IMG/VR virus record: IMGVR_UViG_3300042445_002020
Length of the DNA: 64,000 nt
Source: an uncultured virus (IMG/VR IMGVR_UViG_3300042445_002020)
Taxonomy: Duplodnaviria; Heunggongvirae; Uroviricota; Caudoviricetes
Direction: 5' to 3' (one strand)
Both the position numbers and the translations under genes were made by a program. Numbering within the stretch: the first letter of the stretch is position 1; the number at the start of each line of letters is the position of its first letter. Shown one piece after another: positions 1 through 10,335 of this stretch. Below the pieces are notes generated by a model. The model worked only from the letters and a program-made list of their open reading frames with translations. It was not told where the DNA came from and searched no databases.

Positions 1-470
1 CGGGGGTAATATCCGCAACAAGATTCACAACAAGTTCAGGACAAACCGGTACAATGAGTGGTAATGCATATCCAGTATCACCAAATAGTTATTTTGGTTT
101 AAGACACGGTTCGATGGGTGCAAGTTCTGCAGAATATATGATTATAAGTGCGAATGCAGATACATATATTTCTTGTGCAACGGGTTCTTCTGTTTATCTT
201 AGACCAAATGGTAATAATAGTGCCAGTGGAGTGCTTTCAGAAACAGGGGCATTTAGACCTGAAACAAATAACTCAATAAATTTAGGTACCGCGTCATATA
301 GATGGCAAACTGTTTATATGATGGATTTATCCTTATCAAATGGTATTGGTGATTATACAATAGTGGAAGGAGAAGAAAAATTATACTTATATAATAATAA
401 AAATAATAAGGTTTATTCTTTTGTTTTACAAGAAGAAGACCCGACAACCGCAACACCGAAAATGTCTTAA
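1..470 (+). CDS. Tail fibre-like protein, C-terminal part (5' end lies outside the window)
   Basis: Frame is open from position 3 (GVISATRFTTSSGQTGTM...). The C-terminus LGTASYRWQTVY...DLSLSN...DYTIVEGEEKLYLYNN is homologous to the end of 3185..7717. Confidence 0.7.
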   Translation, partial: GVISATRFTTSSGQTGTMSGNAYPVSPNSYFGLRHGSMGASSAEYMIISANADTYISCATGSSVYLRPNGNNSASGVLSETGAFRPETNNSINLGTASYRWQTVYMMDLSLSNGIGDYTIVEGEEKLYLYNNKNNKVYSFVLQEEDPTTATPKMS

Positions 471-473
471 TAT

Positions 474-722
474 ATGAATGAATTAAAATATGTAATTTTT
501 GAATGTAATGAAATCAATAAAATTGATTTTAATGAGGTTAGAGAAACATCTTCTGAAACTTTAAGAAAATCAATTGATGGAACAAAAACATTTATAAAAT
601 ATGAGGGAGAAATCCCAAACTCAATAATAAATTTATTAACAAAAAGTATTGAACATACACAACAAGAAATGTTGAACATCTTATCAACGGATGAATGGAC
701 AATATCACGAGAATTAAATTAA
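474..722 (+). CDS. Small hypothetical protein (82 aa), possible tail-fibre partner
   Basis: Fills the gap between tail fibre and LamG gene with 3 and 1 nt spacing. Confidence 0.7.
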   Translation: MNELKYVIFECNEINKIDFNEVRETSSETLRKSIDGTKTFIKYEGEIPNSIINLLTKSIEHTQQEMLNILSTDEWTISRELN

Positions 723-723
723 A

Positions 724-1407
724 ATGGCATTAGATTTAAGTACAAATACTGTAGATTCATTTGGTGCAAGGTTATTAAATTATAAAGGTTTAGTAACGGA
801 CGGATTATTATGTTTTTTGGATGCCGGTAATGGTTCATCATACGATGGTACTGGTAGTACATGGTATGATTTAACAGGAAATGGAAACAATGCAACATTT
901 GTTGGAAATGCGTCGTGGAATAATAGTAACGGTGGTACAATGGTAACAACTGCAACAAATGGTAGATTCACAACATCAACATTAAATTTATCGGCATCAA
1001 ATTTTACGGTTATTGCAGGTTCACGATATGCGGCAACAAAAGAAAGAATTGTTTCAGGTTTAAGTAATAATTGGTTGTTAGGACATTGGGGTAATAGTGT
1101 TGCAAATTATTACTCCGTAGGATGGATTACTGCTTCTGGTGCGGGTGGTTCTGACACCAATTGGAGAGTATATGCGGGTACGGGTGTTATTGGTGGGACG
1201 TATAATTTTTACATAAATGGAATTTTAAACGCGAGCGGTTCTGGAGGTACTGCGGGACCAAATAATTTTTCAATAGGTTCATATGGACCAGGAGGTAGTG
1301 AATATTCTGATGGTAATGTTGCATTTTTATTAGTTTATAATAGAGTATTAACATCTACGGAAATATTTAAAACGTATCAAAATTTTAGAAGGAGATTAGG
1401 AGTATGA
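724..1407 (+). CDS. LamG/concanavalin A-like lectin domain virion protein
   Basis: GLLCFLDAGNGSSYDGTGSTWYDLTGNGNN start and YNRVLT..EI end are typical of phage LamG-like proteins. Confidence 0.8.
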   Translation: MALDLSTNTVDSFGARLLNYKGLVTDGLLCFLDAGNGSSYDGTGSTWYDLTGNGNNATFVGNASWNNSNGGTMVTTATNGRFTTSTLNLSASNFTVIAGSRYAATKERIVSGLSNNWLLGHWGNSVANYYSVGWITASGAGGSDTNWRVYAGTGVIGGTYNFYINGILNASGSGGTAGPNNFSIGSYGPGGSEYSDGNVAFLLVYNRVLTSTEIFKTYQNFRRRLGV

Positions 1408-1532
1408 TAGTATATAACAATTTATTTCAAAACGACGAAGGAAAATGGTGCGTTGAGTATACAGAAAATAACGAAAAAATAACATCTTGTTTTGATAAAC
1501 ACGAAGATGCTGTAAAATTTTATATGAGTTAA
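1404..1532 (+). CDS. Small 42-aa protein (not in the ORF track)
   Basis: ATGA overlap with the upstream stop. MIVYNNLFQNDEGKWCVEYTENNEKITSCFDKHEDAVKFYMS. Resembles 10336..10506. Confidence 0.65.
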   Translation: MIVYNNLFQNDEGKWCVEYTENNEKITSCFDKHEDAVKFYMS

Positions 1533-1533
1533 T

Positions 1534-2283
1534 ATGCCAATAGATTTATCAAGTGAACAATTAAATTCGTTAGGTACTAAATTACTTAATAATGATAATA
1601 TAGTTAAGTCTGGATTAGTACTTTATTTAGATGCAACGATAAGTGATTCCTATCCTGGAACAGGAACTGTTTGGTATGATTTATCAGGTAATGGTAATAA
1701 TTTTAACATTGTTGCTACTGCATTTAATAAAACAAATCAAGGTTATATGGATTTTAATGGTTCTTATGGTTGTGCAAAAAATAGTACAGATTTATCTATA
1801 TCGGGTAACATAACATATGTTGTTTGGACAAGAATTAAAAACAGTACTGCAGAATGGAGAACATTAACGAGAGGATATGGTGGTGACCATAATGTTATTA
1901 TTTATTCTGGTGGTTGGGAAATTGGTATGTATGATAATGATAGTGCGGGATTTATGGGTACAGGTTATTCACAACAAAGTTTACCAAATTACGGAACATC
2001 GAATTGGATTTGTATGTATTGGAGGTGGCAAACAAGTAGTCCATACTATCAAATGTCATTTAATGACACACCAGGTACAATAAGAGGTTCATTAACAAAT
2101 TCAAACGCATATCATACTAGGGGATTTGGTAGTATAGGTGCGTACCATAATGGTAGTACCGACCCTAGTTCAGTTTCACAACCATGGGGTGATATTGGAT
2201 TATTCATGTGTTATAATCGGGTATTAACTGATAGTGAATTGTTACAAAATTATAATGCAACTAGAGGTAAATTCGCTTATTAA
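1534..2283 (+). CDS. LamG-like lectin domain virion protein
   Basis: GLVLYLDA...SYPGTGTVWYDLSGNGN...YNRVLTDSELLQNYNA; paralogue of 724..1407. Confidence 0.8.
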   Translation: MPIDLSSEQLNSLGTKLLNNDNIVKSGLVLYLDATISDSYPGTGTVWYDLSGNGNNFNIVATAFNKTNQGYMDFNGSYGCAKNSTDLSISGNITYVVWTRIKNSTAEWRTLTRGYGGDHNVIIYSGGWEIGMYDNDSAGFMGTGYSQQSLPNYGTSNWICMYWRWQTSSPYYQMSFNDTPGTIRGSLTNSNAYHTRGFGSIGAYHNGSTDPSSVSQPWGDIGLFMCYNRVLTDSELLQNYNATRGKFAY

Positions 2284-2295
2284 AAATAACATATT

Positions 2296-3123
2296 ATGCC
2301 ACTTGATATATCGGGACAAATTATAAATAATGTACAACTAAAGAATTATAATACAACATCTTTAGTTAGAACAAATCTAATGTTATATTTAGATGCTCAA
2401 GAACATGCGTCTTATCCTGGTTCGGGTTCTACATGGTACGATTTAAGTGGGAATGGTTATGATTTTACATTGGTTAATAGTCCTACTTGGGGTGTGTATA
2501 ATAGAGCAAGTGCTTTCCAATTTAGTGGTTCAAACGATTACGCAACGAGAGCGGGAAGTATATCACAAAATATAGGAGCTGCAGGTACAATTACATTAAT
2601 GATGTCAAGTATTGGTAACACAAACTTTGGTGCTTGTTCTAGATTGTTTAGTGTAAATGATGGTTCCTCAGTTAATAACGACCACAGTACATATTTCACT
2701 TTACCTTCATGTGATGAAACACGGTATGGTTTATGGTGGAATTCATCATTTGGTGGAATTGCTGGATTATATCCAACAACAGTATTAAAGGCGGCAAATG
2801 ACCCATACAGAATTATTACATATAAATGGACCGCAAATGGAACCGCATTTGTTTTTGTTAATGGAGTACAAGAGGCTAGTGGAGCAATTGGAAATGCATT
2901 TTCATATACAAATGTTGGTAGGATGACAGTTGCAATGAATTCGGCGTTAACTTTAGAAAATGCATATGTTAGGGTTGCTGCGGTTACTTTATATGATAGG
3001 GCGTTAAGTAATGCTGAGATTTTACAAAATTATCAATTTTTTAGAAGTAGATTTGAAAAATATTACGATTGTGGTTACGGATGTCAATTGTATAATTACG
3101 ACCCAGGTTGTATTGCCTGTTAA
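2296..3123 (+). CDS. LamG-like lectin domain protein with a Cys/Tyr-rich C-terminal extension
   Basis: LMLYLDA...SYPGSGSTWYDLSGNG...YDRALSNAEILQNY, followed by YYDCGYGCQLYNYDPGCIAC. Confidence 0.8.
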   Translation: MPLDISGQIINNVQLKNYNTTSLVRTNLMLYLDAQEHASYPGSGSTWYDLSGNGYDFTLVNSPTWGVYNRASAFQFSGSNDYATRAGSISQNIGAAGTITLMMSSIGNTNFGACSRLFSVNDGSSVNNDHSTYFTLPSCDETRYGLWWNSSFGGIAGLYPTTVLKAANDPYRIITYKWTANGTAFVFVNGVQEASGAIGNAFSYTNVGRMTVAMNSALTLENAYVRVAAVTLYDRALSNAEILQNYQFFRSRFEKYYDCGYGCQLYNYDPGCIAC

Positions 3124-3160
3124 AAACTTTCTTTTTTTTCCACATAACCCATTCCCTAAG

Positions 3161-3168
3161 TATTTATA
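3161..3168 (+). promoter_or_regulatory. Putative late-promoter motif TATTTATA
   Basis: Intergenic, 16 nt before the tail fibre ATG. Recurs before 32336, 40067 and 46543. Confidence 0.45.
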
Positions 3169-3184
3169 GTTAAACTATAAATTA

Positions 3185-6100
3185 ATGGAATTTTACGGTT
3201 CAATTGACTCGGTTTCAGGTTCGATAACAGCTTCCCTATTTACAGGTTCATTTAAAGGGGATGGTGGAGGTTTATATAACCTTCCAGCGTCAGGTGTTAC
3301 AGGTCTAAACCTATCACAAATAGCAAGCGGAAACGCCACAGCATCAATTTCATCAACGGGTTTTACCGTTAATAAAAGTACCCAAATTCAGGGTGATTTA
3401 TCCGTTACGGGGTCAATTATTGCAACCAACTACATTGTAAGTTCATCTGTAACTTATATGACCACAAGTTTTGCTAGTGGTTCATCTATGTTTGGTAACG
3501 ATGGTAATGATGTACACCAATTTACAGGTTCTGTTCAAATTACGGGTTCAATATCGTTAAATGGACAAGCAATTGGTACAGGTAAGTTAGATGAAACAAC
3601 GTTTCAATCATATACATCATCAATATCAAGTTCAATTGGCTCATTAAGTTCATCAATTGCTTTAACGGATGTTTCACAAAGTAATAGATTAACAACGATT
3701 GAAGGTAATTATGCAACGACTGGTAGTAATTTATTTAAAGGTAGTCAAACCATATCGGGTTCAATTATACCATCTGTAGATAACACATATGATTTAGGTA
3801 GTGTTACACATCAATGGAAAGACGTTTATATTTCTTCAGGGTCATTATATATTGATGGCACAAAAGTATTGGGAAGTACTTCACAGGAACTTACAATTAC
3901 AACTGACACAGGTCAATCAATTAAAATATTAGAAGCTGGTTCGGATTCAATTATATTACAATCTGCGGATGGTGATATCGAATTAAAATCATCAGGTGGT
4001 GGAGATATATTATTTGACCCAACAAACGGTATTATATCAATTAAGGGAACAACACAAATACAAGATGGTTTTAAAATAACTTCATCAGGTGGTAATAGTA
4101 TTGTGTTTGGTGATGCAGTAATTGTTAGTGGTTCAATAGATTTAACAGGTAATGTTGACGGTATTGATTTACAATCATTCAGTTCATCGGTATCTACAAG
4201 TATTAGTTCATTATTAGGTGGAAACACATCATTAAGTTCAAGTATTGCAACAACAACATCAGGATTAAGTTCTAGTATTGGTTCATTGAGTTCTAGTGTT
4301 GCTATAACAACATCAGGATTAACAAGTACCATAACAAGTGTGAGTTCATCATTGACATCCTCAATTGGTTCTCTATCGTCATCAGTAGCAACTACAACAT
4401 TTAGTTTAAGTTCTAGTATTGAAAGTTTATCTAGTTCAGTTGCAACCACAACAAGTGGACTGACCAGTACAATTACAAGTTTAAGTTCTTCTTTAACAAG
4501 TAGTATTGGAAGTATATCAAGTTCAATTAATTCAACAATAGGTTTGTTAAGTTCATCGGTATCTACAAGTATTGGAGGTTTATCTTCAAGTGTTGCAACA
4601 ACAACAAGTGAATTAAGTTCTTCTATTGGTTCTCTATCAAGTTCAATCGCAACAACAACTATAAGTGCAAAAAATCGGGTTGATTCAATTGAAACAACAA
4701 CAGGTAGTTTAAATACATTTAGTAGTTCAATTAATACTACCATTAAATCTAAATTAGATATTGAATCAGTTATATCTGGTTCGGTACAAGTTGTTATAAC
4801 AGGAACAACGGGTTATTCAACTTTTAGCTCTTCTGTCTCAACAAGTATTGGTGCGTTAAGTTCTTCAGTATCAACAACAACATCAGATTTATCTTCAAGT
4901 ATTGGAAGTTTAAGTTCTAGTGTAGCAACTACAACAAGTGGATTAAGTTCTTCTGTGGCCATCACCACAAGTGGATTGAGTTCTAGTATTGGTTCGTTAA
5001 GTTCTAGTATTGCAACAACAACATTAGAAACAAAAAATCGGGTAGATTCGATTGAATCCAAAACAGGAAGTTATGCAACTACTGGTAGTAACATATTTCA
5101 AGGCAGTCAAACAATTACTGGTTCACTTTATATATCACAAGATTTAATTGTTGCCGGTTCATCGTCAATTCAGAATATCAGCTCGTCAATTCTTAATATT
5201 GGTGATAATATTATTACAGTTAATGCATTAAACCCAAGCGTTAGATTCGGTGGACTTGCTGTAATTGATAGTGGTTCGTCTCCACAAGTTTCAGGTTCAA
5301 TGTTATTTGACTCGGTAAATGACCAATGGATTTTCATTCATCAAAACCAATCGTCGGTTACATCGTCGATATTATTGATGGGACCACAAACCTTTAATAA
5401 TGTAGGTAACGAGGCATTTCCAACAAATAACAGATTACTTAAATCGGTTAATGCCGAACATCTTGGTGATAGTAATGTTAGTGATGATGGAACAACCGTT
5501 ACCATTTTATCTAATGCTATTGTTAATGGAACATTTAGTTCAACGGGTACAACATTAGTTTCTGGTTCTTCACAAATAACTCACGATTCAACAACAGGAT
5601 ACGTTGCAAATAGACATATTGACCACACAGCAGTATCGATTAGTGCAGGTAATGGTTTAAGTGGAGGTGGTGATATCTCAACAACACGGACACTTACATT
5701 AGATACTGGTTCTGTACATTTCTTAGATGGTGTTAAAAAAGAATTAAATACCGAAGGGGTTATATCTGGTTCTTCACAAATATTAGCCGGAACAACAATA
5801 CATTCTGGTTCATTCTTTAATGGTATAAGTGTTGTTTCTGGGTCTGCACAAGTTTCCTTCAACGGAATCACAGATAAACCAACATTAGTATCAGGTTCAA
5901 GTCAAGTTTCCTTTAATGGAATTACAGATAAACCAACATTGGTTTCTGGTTCAAGTCAAATAACATACGGTAGTATATCTAGTATTCCAAGTGGAATAGT
6001 ATCCGGTTCGGGACAAATTGATTTAACCGCAACTACAAACTACGCTAGTGGTATATTAACAAGATTAAACGCTGTCGGTGTTTTTAGTGGATCCGCTCAA

Positions 6101-7717
6101 GTTGATTTAACAGCAACAACAAATTACGCTAGTGGTATATTAACAAGATTAAATGCGGTTGGTGTATTTTCTGGTTCAGCACAAGTTACCTTATCATCCA
6201 CTACTGGTTATGGTTCTGTTTTAAATCAAGCGGTTTTAACAACAAGTTCACCAACATTTAGTGCTGTTAGTGCAACAACATTTACTGGAGCATTAAGTGG
6301 TAATGCTTCAACAGCTAGTAGCACACCAACACTTTCTGCATCTGGTACATTAACAACGCAAGCGGGTAGTGGAACTTTAATACATAGTTCTCCAATTGTT
6401 AGTAGTGAGACAGGATTGTTTTCAACGGGTGATAATTCAAATAGTATTATAACATTTAATAGACATCCAGGTAATTACTATAGTCAATTAGGTTTTAATT
6501 CAACAGGAACAATTTTTTATAGGAGTTTTAATAACACCGCAATTAATACATCACAAGCCTGGAAAACAATTATAGATTCGAGTAACATCGGTTCACAATC
6601 TGTAACATACGCGACTACTGCAGGTGCGTTAACTAGTATGAATATTTCTCAATTCACCAATAATAGTGGGTATATTACTGGTATCTCGTTTGCAAACGTT
6701 TCTTCAAAACCAACAACACTTAGTGGTTATGGAATAACAGATGCATTAAATAATACTGTTACTTCTGAACAAACAATAGGATTTAGATATGCTCAAATAA
6801 ATAATAGTGACAAAACAATAAAATTTGACCCAAGATGGAATGAAAGTACCTATGATGCTGATCTTGGTACATTACACATTTATTCTACAACAGCAGCTGG
6901 TGCAAATTATGGTCGGGCCGGTATTGCATTATATAATGGTTCTGCATATCAATATCTAACAACAAAGGCATCAACAACAGGACTTTTTGCAAATAATAGT
7001 CTAATAGCAACTGCCGGAAGTACCCCAACTTTTGCGGGTGTTAATGGATCATCTTATTTTGATGCACAAGCAAGTAGTGGATTTAGAATAAGAAATTCAA
7101 ATGACACGGCAAACGCTGGTGGATACACAAGAAGAGGATTATGGGAAGGTAACGCTAATTACGACCCTGCACTTTGGGCTGAGACCGGATATGGATTGTA
7201 TTTTTATACAAACGGTAGTGGTACACCAAAAACAGTAATAACAACTAATGGTGCGTTTCTTCATGGACACACTGCAGCTCCAGATGTAAACGCTTGGTTA
7301 GGTACTGCAGTTTTCGGTGTTTCGGGTTATAATAAAGTCATTATAGGTAGCTTAAACTCAACCACTACAGGTGCGTATATTGGTGGACACAATTCAGCTT
7401 TAAGTGCTTGGGCAGATATAAACGTAGCGGGAGAAGCTATCATTTTTAGATACCAACAAACAGAAAGAGCAAGATTCGACACTTCCGGACATTTTATCCC
7501 CGGTGCAAATAATACATATGATTTAGGTTCAGCATCACTTGGATGGAGAAACGTTTATACAAACGACTTACACCTAAGCAACATGAATAAACCAGAGGGT
7601 AATGATGTTGATGGAACAAATGGTAATTGGACTATTCAAGAAGGTGCTGAACAATTATACATCATAAATAATAATAATGGAAAGAAATTCAAAATAGATT
7701 TAACAGAAATTATTTAA
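3185..7717 (+). CDS. Long tail fibre-like protein (1510 aa), Ser/Thr/Gly-rich
   Basis: Repeated GS/TGS motifs, YDLGS...W..VY motifs, Ser-rich repeats and a conserved C-terminal module shared with 1..470. Mosaic paralogue of 40067..45361. Confidence 0.8.
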   Translation: MEFYGSIDSVSGSITASLFTGSFKGDGGGLYNLPASGVTGLNLSQIASGNATASISSTGFTVNKSTQIQGDLSVTGSIIATNYIVSSSVTYMTTSFASGSSMFGNDGNDVHQFTGSVQITGSISLNGQAIGTGKLDETTFQSYTSSISSSIGSLSSSIALTDVSQSNRLTTIEGNYATTGSNLFKGSQTISGSIIPSVDNTYDLGSVTHQWKDVYISSGSLYIDGTKVLGSTSQELTITTDTGQSIKILEAGSDSIILQSADGDIELKSSGGGDILFDPTNGIISIKGTTQIQDGFKITSSGGNSIVFGDAVIVSGSIDLTGNVDGIDLQSFSSSVSTSISSLLGGNTSLSSSIATTTSGLSSSIGSLSSSVAITTSGLTSTITSVSSSLTSSIGSLSSSVATTTFSLSSSIESLSSSVATTTSGLTSTITSLSSSLTSSIGSISSSINSTIGLLSSSVSTSIGGLSSSVATTTSELSSSIGSLSSSIATTTISAKNRVDSIETTTGSLNTFSSSINTTIKSKLDIESVISGSVQVVITGTTGYSTFSSSVSTSIGALSSSVSTTTSDLSSSIGSLSSSVATTTSGLSSSVAITTSGLSSSIGSLSSSIATTTLETKNRVDSIESKTGSYATTGSNIFQGSQTITGSLYISQDLIVAGSSSIQNISSSILNIGDNIITVNALNPSVRFGGLAVIDSGSSPQVSGSMLFDSVNDQWIFIHQNQSSVTSSILLMGPQTFNNVGNEAFPTNNRLLKSVNAEHLGDSNVSDDGTTVTILSNAIVNGTFSSTGTTLVSGSSQITHDSTTGYVANRHIDHTAVSISAGNGLSGGGDISTTRTLTLDTGSVHFLDGVKKELNTEGVISGSSQILAGTTIHSGSFFNGISVVSGSAQVSFNGITDKPTLVSGSSQVSFNGITDKPTLVSGSSQITYGSISSIPSGIVSGSGQIDLTATTNYASGILTRLNAVGVFSGSAQVDLTATTNYASGILTRLNAVGVFSGSAQVTLSSTTGYGSVLNQAVLTTSSPTFSAVSATTFTGALSGNASTASSTPTLSASGTLTTQAGSGTLIHSSPIVSSETGLFSTGDNSNSIITFNRHPGNYYSQLGFNSTGTIFYRSFNNTAINTSQAWKTIIDSSNIGSQSVTYATTAGALTSMNISQFTNNSGYITGISFANVSSKPTTLSGYGITDALNNTVTSEQTIGFRYAQINNSDKTIKFDPRWNESTYDADLGTLHIYSTTAAGANYGRAGIALYNGSAYQYLTTKASTTGLFANNSLIATAGSTPTFAGVNGSSYFDAQASSGFRIRNSNDTANAGGYTRRGLWEGNANYDPALWAETGYGLYFYTNGSGTPKTVITTNGAFLHGHTAAPDVNAWLGTAVFGVSGYNKVIIGSLNSTTTGAYIGGHNSALSAWADINVAGEAIIFRYQQTERARFDTSGHFIPGANNTYDLGSASLGWRNVYTNDLHLSNMNKPEGNDVDGTNGNWTIQEGAEQLYIINNNNGKKFKIDLTEII
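4178..5025 (+). repeat. Coding tandem repeats SSSIGSLSSSVATTTSGL (7- and 11-residue units)
   Basis: Visible in both translation and DNA; boundaries approximate. Confidence 0.85.
5830..6190 (+). repeat. Coding duplications: VSGSxQVSFNGITDKPTL x2 and DLTATTNYASGILTRLNAVGVFSGSAQV x2
   Basis: Direct repeats in the translation of 3185..7717; boundaries approximate. Confidence 0.85.
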
Positions 7718-7718
7718 T

Positions 7719-8513
7719 ATGGCAGTATATGGTAACGGTGAATTATTCTCAATTTATACACACGATGGAAGCACAAAAGAAAGAGCTGCACCATCTTTAA
7801 ATCATTTGATTGAAATTGGAATTTCGACTAATGGTTTTTATTGGGTTAATCCAAGTTTAGGTTCAACAACACCGATTTACATTTATGTGAATTTCACATA
7901 TAGAACAAAAGAAGCGTGGGCTTTAGTACTCTCAAATAGAATTAATACAACAGGTGTTGCTAATAGTACAACAACCCCTGATGGTGTGAATAGTACATCT
8001 TCACAGGCATCAGTTACATATTCAAATGCAGTTAATAATGTTAATTACAAAGGTTCATATGGTAATACTAATTTAGATTTTAACTGTATGATTGGTGTTA
8101 AGTATTGGAAATTATTAGGAAGAAATGTTTGCCAATTTGTATCATCATCAGCGGTTCCAGTTTCATCAACAGGTAGTCATAATAAAAGATATCGTTGGGC
8201 ATTTATGGATATGAGCGGAACGTACGCATTTCAAAATGTTAGTGGAATTGCGGATGAAACGTCAACTGGAACACCAGGGTTTTATTCATATCACGCTGCA
8301 AACGGTTATTCATTAACGACCTTTGATAATGACCAAGACGCTAATGGTGGAGGAAACTGTGCCACATTTTATAATAATGCCCCAAATTGGTATGGTGCGT
8401 GTTGGAGTGGAAATCCGTGGGGTGGAATGGGTGCTGGATATGCGGATGCATATTTTTGGGATGGTTCTGGTGGTGACTACTATAATTACGGAGCAATTTA
8501 TATAGGAGGATAA
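7719..8513 (+). CDS. Fibrinogen C-terminal (FReD)-like domain protein
   Basis: YH..NGYSLTTFDNDQD...NCA...WYGACWSGN matches the fibrinogen/ficolin P-subdomain pattern. Confidence 0.75.
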   Translation: MAVYGNGELFSIYTHDGSTKERAAPSLNHLIEIGISTNGFYWVNPSLGSTTPIYIYVNFTYRTKEAWALVLSNRINTTGVANSTTTPDGVNSTSSQASVTYSNAVNNVNYKGSYGNTNLDFNCMIGVKYWKLLGRNVCQFVSSSAVPVSSTGSHNKRYRWAFMDMSGTYAFQNVSGIADETSTGTPGFYSYHAANGYSLTTFDNDQDANGGGNCATFYNNAPNWYGACWSGNPWGGMGAGYADAYFWDGSGGDYYNYGAIYIGG

Positions 8514-8517
8514 TATT

Positions 8518-9303
8518 ATGGCATTTTATATAGGAGGAAACAAATTTAGTGCAAGATTTCATGACGGGTCAACATCCGCCAAGGCCGCACCATCTCTACA
8601 ACATCTTGCGGAGTTGGGTATAAGAACTAATGGTTTCTATTGGGTGAATCCACAAGATGCATATTCACCAATTTATATTTATGTCGATTTCAATTATAGA
8701 AGAAATGAAGCATGGGCGTTGGTCCTCTCAAATAGAATTAATACAGGAGCATTAAATAGTGGTAGTGTTACTGCAGATGGAAACACAGGAGTATCAGCAC
8801 AAACATATGTTACATATTCAAATGCGGTTAATAACATAAATTATAAAGGATCTTATGGAAACACCAATTTAGATTTTAACTGTATGGTTGGTGTTAAGTA
8901 CTGGAAACAATTAGGTAAAAATATCTGTCAAATTGTTTCAACATCCGCACGGACATTATCCGATACGGGAAATCACACAAAAAGATTTCGTTGGGGATTT
9001 CGGGATATGTCTGGAACGTATGCGTTTCAAAACATTTATGCAATTAAAGATGAGGGTGGTGGAACACCCGGTTTTTATGGTTACCACGCATCAAATGGTT
9101 ACTCTTTATCAACATATGATAATGACCAAGATGCATATGGTGCTAGTTGCTCAGTAGCATATACTAATTACCCTTGGTGGTATGGTGCTTGTTGGGACGG
9201 CAATTACTTTGGAGGAAGTGGTCATGCGGATGGACCGTATTGGTCAGGGTCGGGTGGTGATTATCATAACTATGGAGGAATCTATATAGGTGGTTATATT
9301 TAA
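8518..9303 (+). CDS. Fibrinogen C-terminal (FReD)-like domain protein, tandem paralogue
   Basis: YHASNGYSLSTYDNDQD...C...PWWYGACWDGN; highly similar to 7719..8513. Confidence 0.75.
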   Translation: MAFYIGGNKFSARFHDGSTSAKAAPSLQHLAELGIRTNGFYWVNPQDAYSPIYIYVDFNYRRNEAWALVLSNRINTGALNSGSVTADGNTGVSAQTYVTYSNAVNNINYKGSYGNTNLDFNCMVGVKYWKQLGKNICQIVSTSARTLSDTGNHTKRFRWGFRDMSGTYAFQNIYAIKDEGGGTPGFYGYHASNGYSLSTYDNDQDAYGASCSVAYTNYPWWYGACWDGNYFGGSGHADGPYWSGSGGDYHNYGGIYIGGYI

Positions 9304-9314
9304 AATTTAATACT

Positions 9315-9545
9315 ATGGATACACAATTAAAAGAAATGAAATTATTCGTTAAAAAAATATCATCTGACAAATATGTTAGAACGATAAAAGACATGAATGG
9401 TTTAGAAATATGGAATGGTGGAGAACAATACTTCATATACATGGGAGACATTGTAATGGATAACGATAGAATGTCCCAATTAATAAACCAAATGCAACAA
9501 TTACCGGTTTGGAATATTGTTGACATTGAAAACGATTTTAGTTAA
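9315..9545 (+). CDS. Hypothetical protein (76 aa)
   Basis: Fits the operon spacing; no motif recognised. Confidence 0.6.
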   Translation: MDTQLKEMKLFVKKISSDKYVRTIKDMNGLEIWNGGEQYFIYMGDIVMDNDRMSQLINQMQQLPVWNIVDIENDFS

Positions 9546-9554
9546 ATTTAACGA

Positions 9555-10334
9555 ATGGCACCTTTATATATAGGAACAAAAACTATCACATCTTCAGACA
9601 CATTTGGGTCTACTGGTGCCTATAAAAATAAGTTTGAATTACCATTGGGTGGTTTAAAATTATATTTAAGTGGTGACTCATATCAGGCTGGTCCATATTG
9701 GACTGACATTGCTCAAAATATTGTATTTGAGGCTAGAACAACATCAGGCCCATATAATACAAGCCCAACCCCAAGAGCGAGTGTCGGTGGTGTAAACTGT
9801 ATTGACTTCAATGATGGTTCATATTGGGAATCAACACAAACTGGAGCGGATTTAGTTGATATGCGTTATGATTTTACATTGGTGATGATTTATTATTATG
9901 AAGGGTTTGCAGCAAGAAGAACAATATTTGAAAAGGCGGGCAATTCATATGCATCATACCAACAAGAGTTAGCCTGTACTATGGAAACTAATGGTACTAT
10001 GACATGGTATAGAGGACATACATCATACGATAGTTCAACAACAAAAACGTATTCAACAGGTGGATGGAGAATGGTTGCAATTAATGGTACAGGTGTCACA
10101 TCAAGAACCGGACAATATTACAATGGTTCAGATTGGGTTACAGATTATAGTAACCCAAACACAAACGCAATTACAGCTGCTGGTCCAATAAGAGTTGGTT
10201 TTGGTTATTCTGGAGTTGTTCAAGCGGGTTATATGCATGCTTGTTGTGTATGGGATAGAAAACTAACAACAGCGGAAATTAATAACACATATAGGTATTT
10301 TCAAACAAATTACGTAACAGGATTAACTGCATAA
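9555..10334 (+). CDS. LamG-like lectin domain protein
   Basis: GLKLYL...SY...WTD start and VWDRKLTTAEINNTY end. Confidence 0.7.
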   Translation: MAPLYIGTKTITSSDTFGSTGAYKNKFELPLGGLKLYLSGDSYQAGPYWTDIAQNIVFEARTTSGPYNTSPTPRASVGGVNCIDFNDGSYWESTQTGADLVDMRYDFTLVMIYYYEGFAARRTIFEKAGNSYASYQQELACTMETNGTMTWYRGHTSYDSSTTKTYSTGGWRMVAINGTGVTSRTGQYYNGSDWVTDYSNPNTNAITAAGPIRVGFGYSGVVQAGYMHACCVWDRKLTTAEINNTYRYFQTNYVTGLTA

Positions 10335-10335
10335 T

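Noticed and set aside
3913..5871. Long minus-strand ORFs (3913..4743, 4813..5061, 5581..5871)
   Set aside because: They are antisense shadows of the Ser/Thr-rich tail-fibre repeats; their ELN/VVVA periodicity mirrors the plus-strand codons.
7719..9303. Similar paralogues as a possible diversity-generating retroelement TR/VR pair
   Set aside because: Differences are not adenine-specific, both copies are full genes, and no reverse transcriptase is in the window.
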